From the NCBI RefSeq assembly GCF_009914755.1, contig NC_060947.1: DNA of 64,000 nt; one strand, written 5' to 3'. This document shows, one piece after another, positions 61,840 to 64,000 of the stretch. Positions within the stretch are counted from its first letter, which is position 1, and the number at the start of each line of letters is the position of its first letter. The DNA comes from the human T2T-CHM13v2.0 reference genome, Homo sapiens. The notes beneath the pieces are model-generated. The model was not told the origin of the DNA. It saw only the letters and a program-made list of their open reading frames with translations, and made no database searches. The position numbers were made by a program, and so were the translations under genes.

Positions 61840-64000
<2,161 letters not shown>

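Overview
Human-type genomic DNA (AluY/AluS/AluJ, L1, L2, MIR, Tigger elements) containing the whole IRS4 locus on the minus strand. By recall this is Xq22.3, just downstream of COL4A5, whose exons are not visible here. The 1257-codon ORF (37928->34155) sits in a CpG-island exon. A donor in the penultimate codon and a strong acceptor at 24108/24107 predict a second isoform ending ...PKRE* with a ~2.6-kb 3'UTR exon ending near a poly(A) signal at 21546-21551. The flanks (about 5-18 kb and 48.4-64 kb) are nested transposon remnants, while 18-45 kb is TE-poor. I see no evidence of a new multi-gene system. The most interesting observations are small-scale: competing donors giving three possible C-termini, a His-for-Tyr dead phosphosite, a G4/hairpin leader with an open in-frame extension, a local templated duplication of an L1+AluJ junction, and two template-switch hairpins in L1MA copies. 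Repeat subfamily names and boundaries are by eye and approximate.
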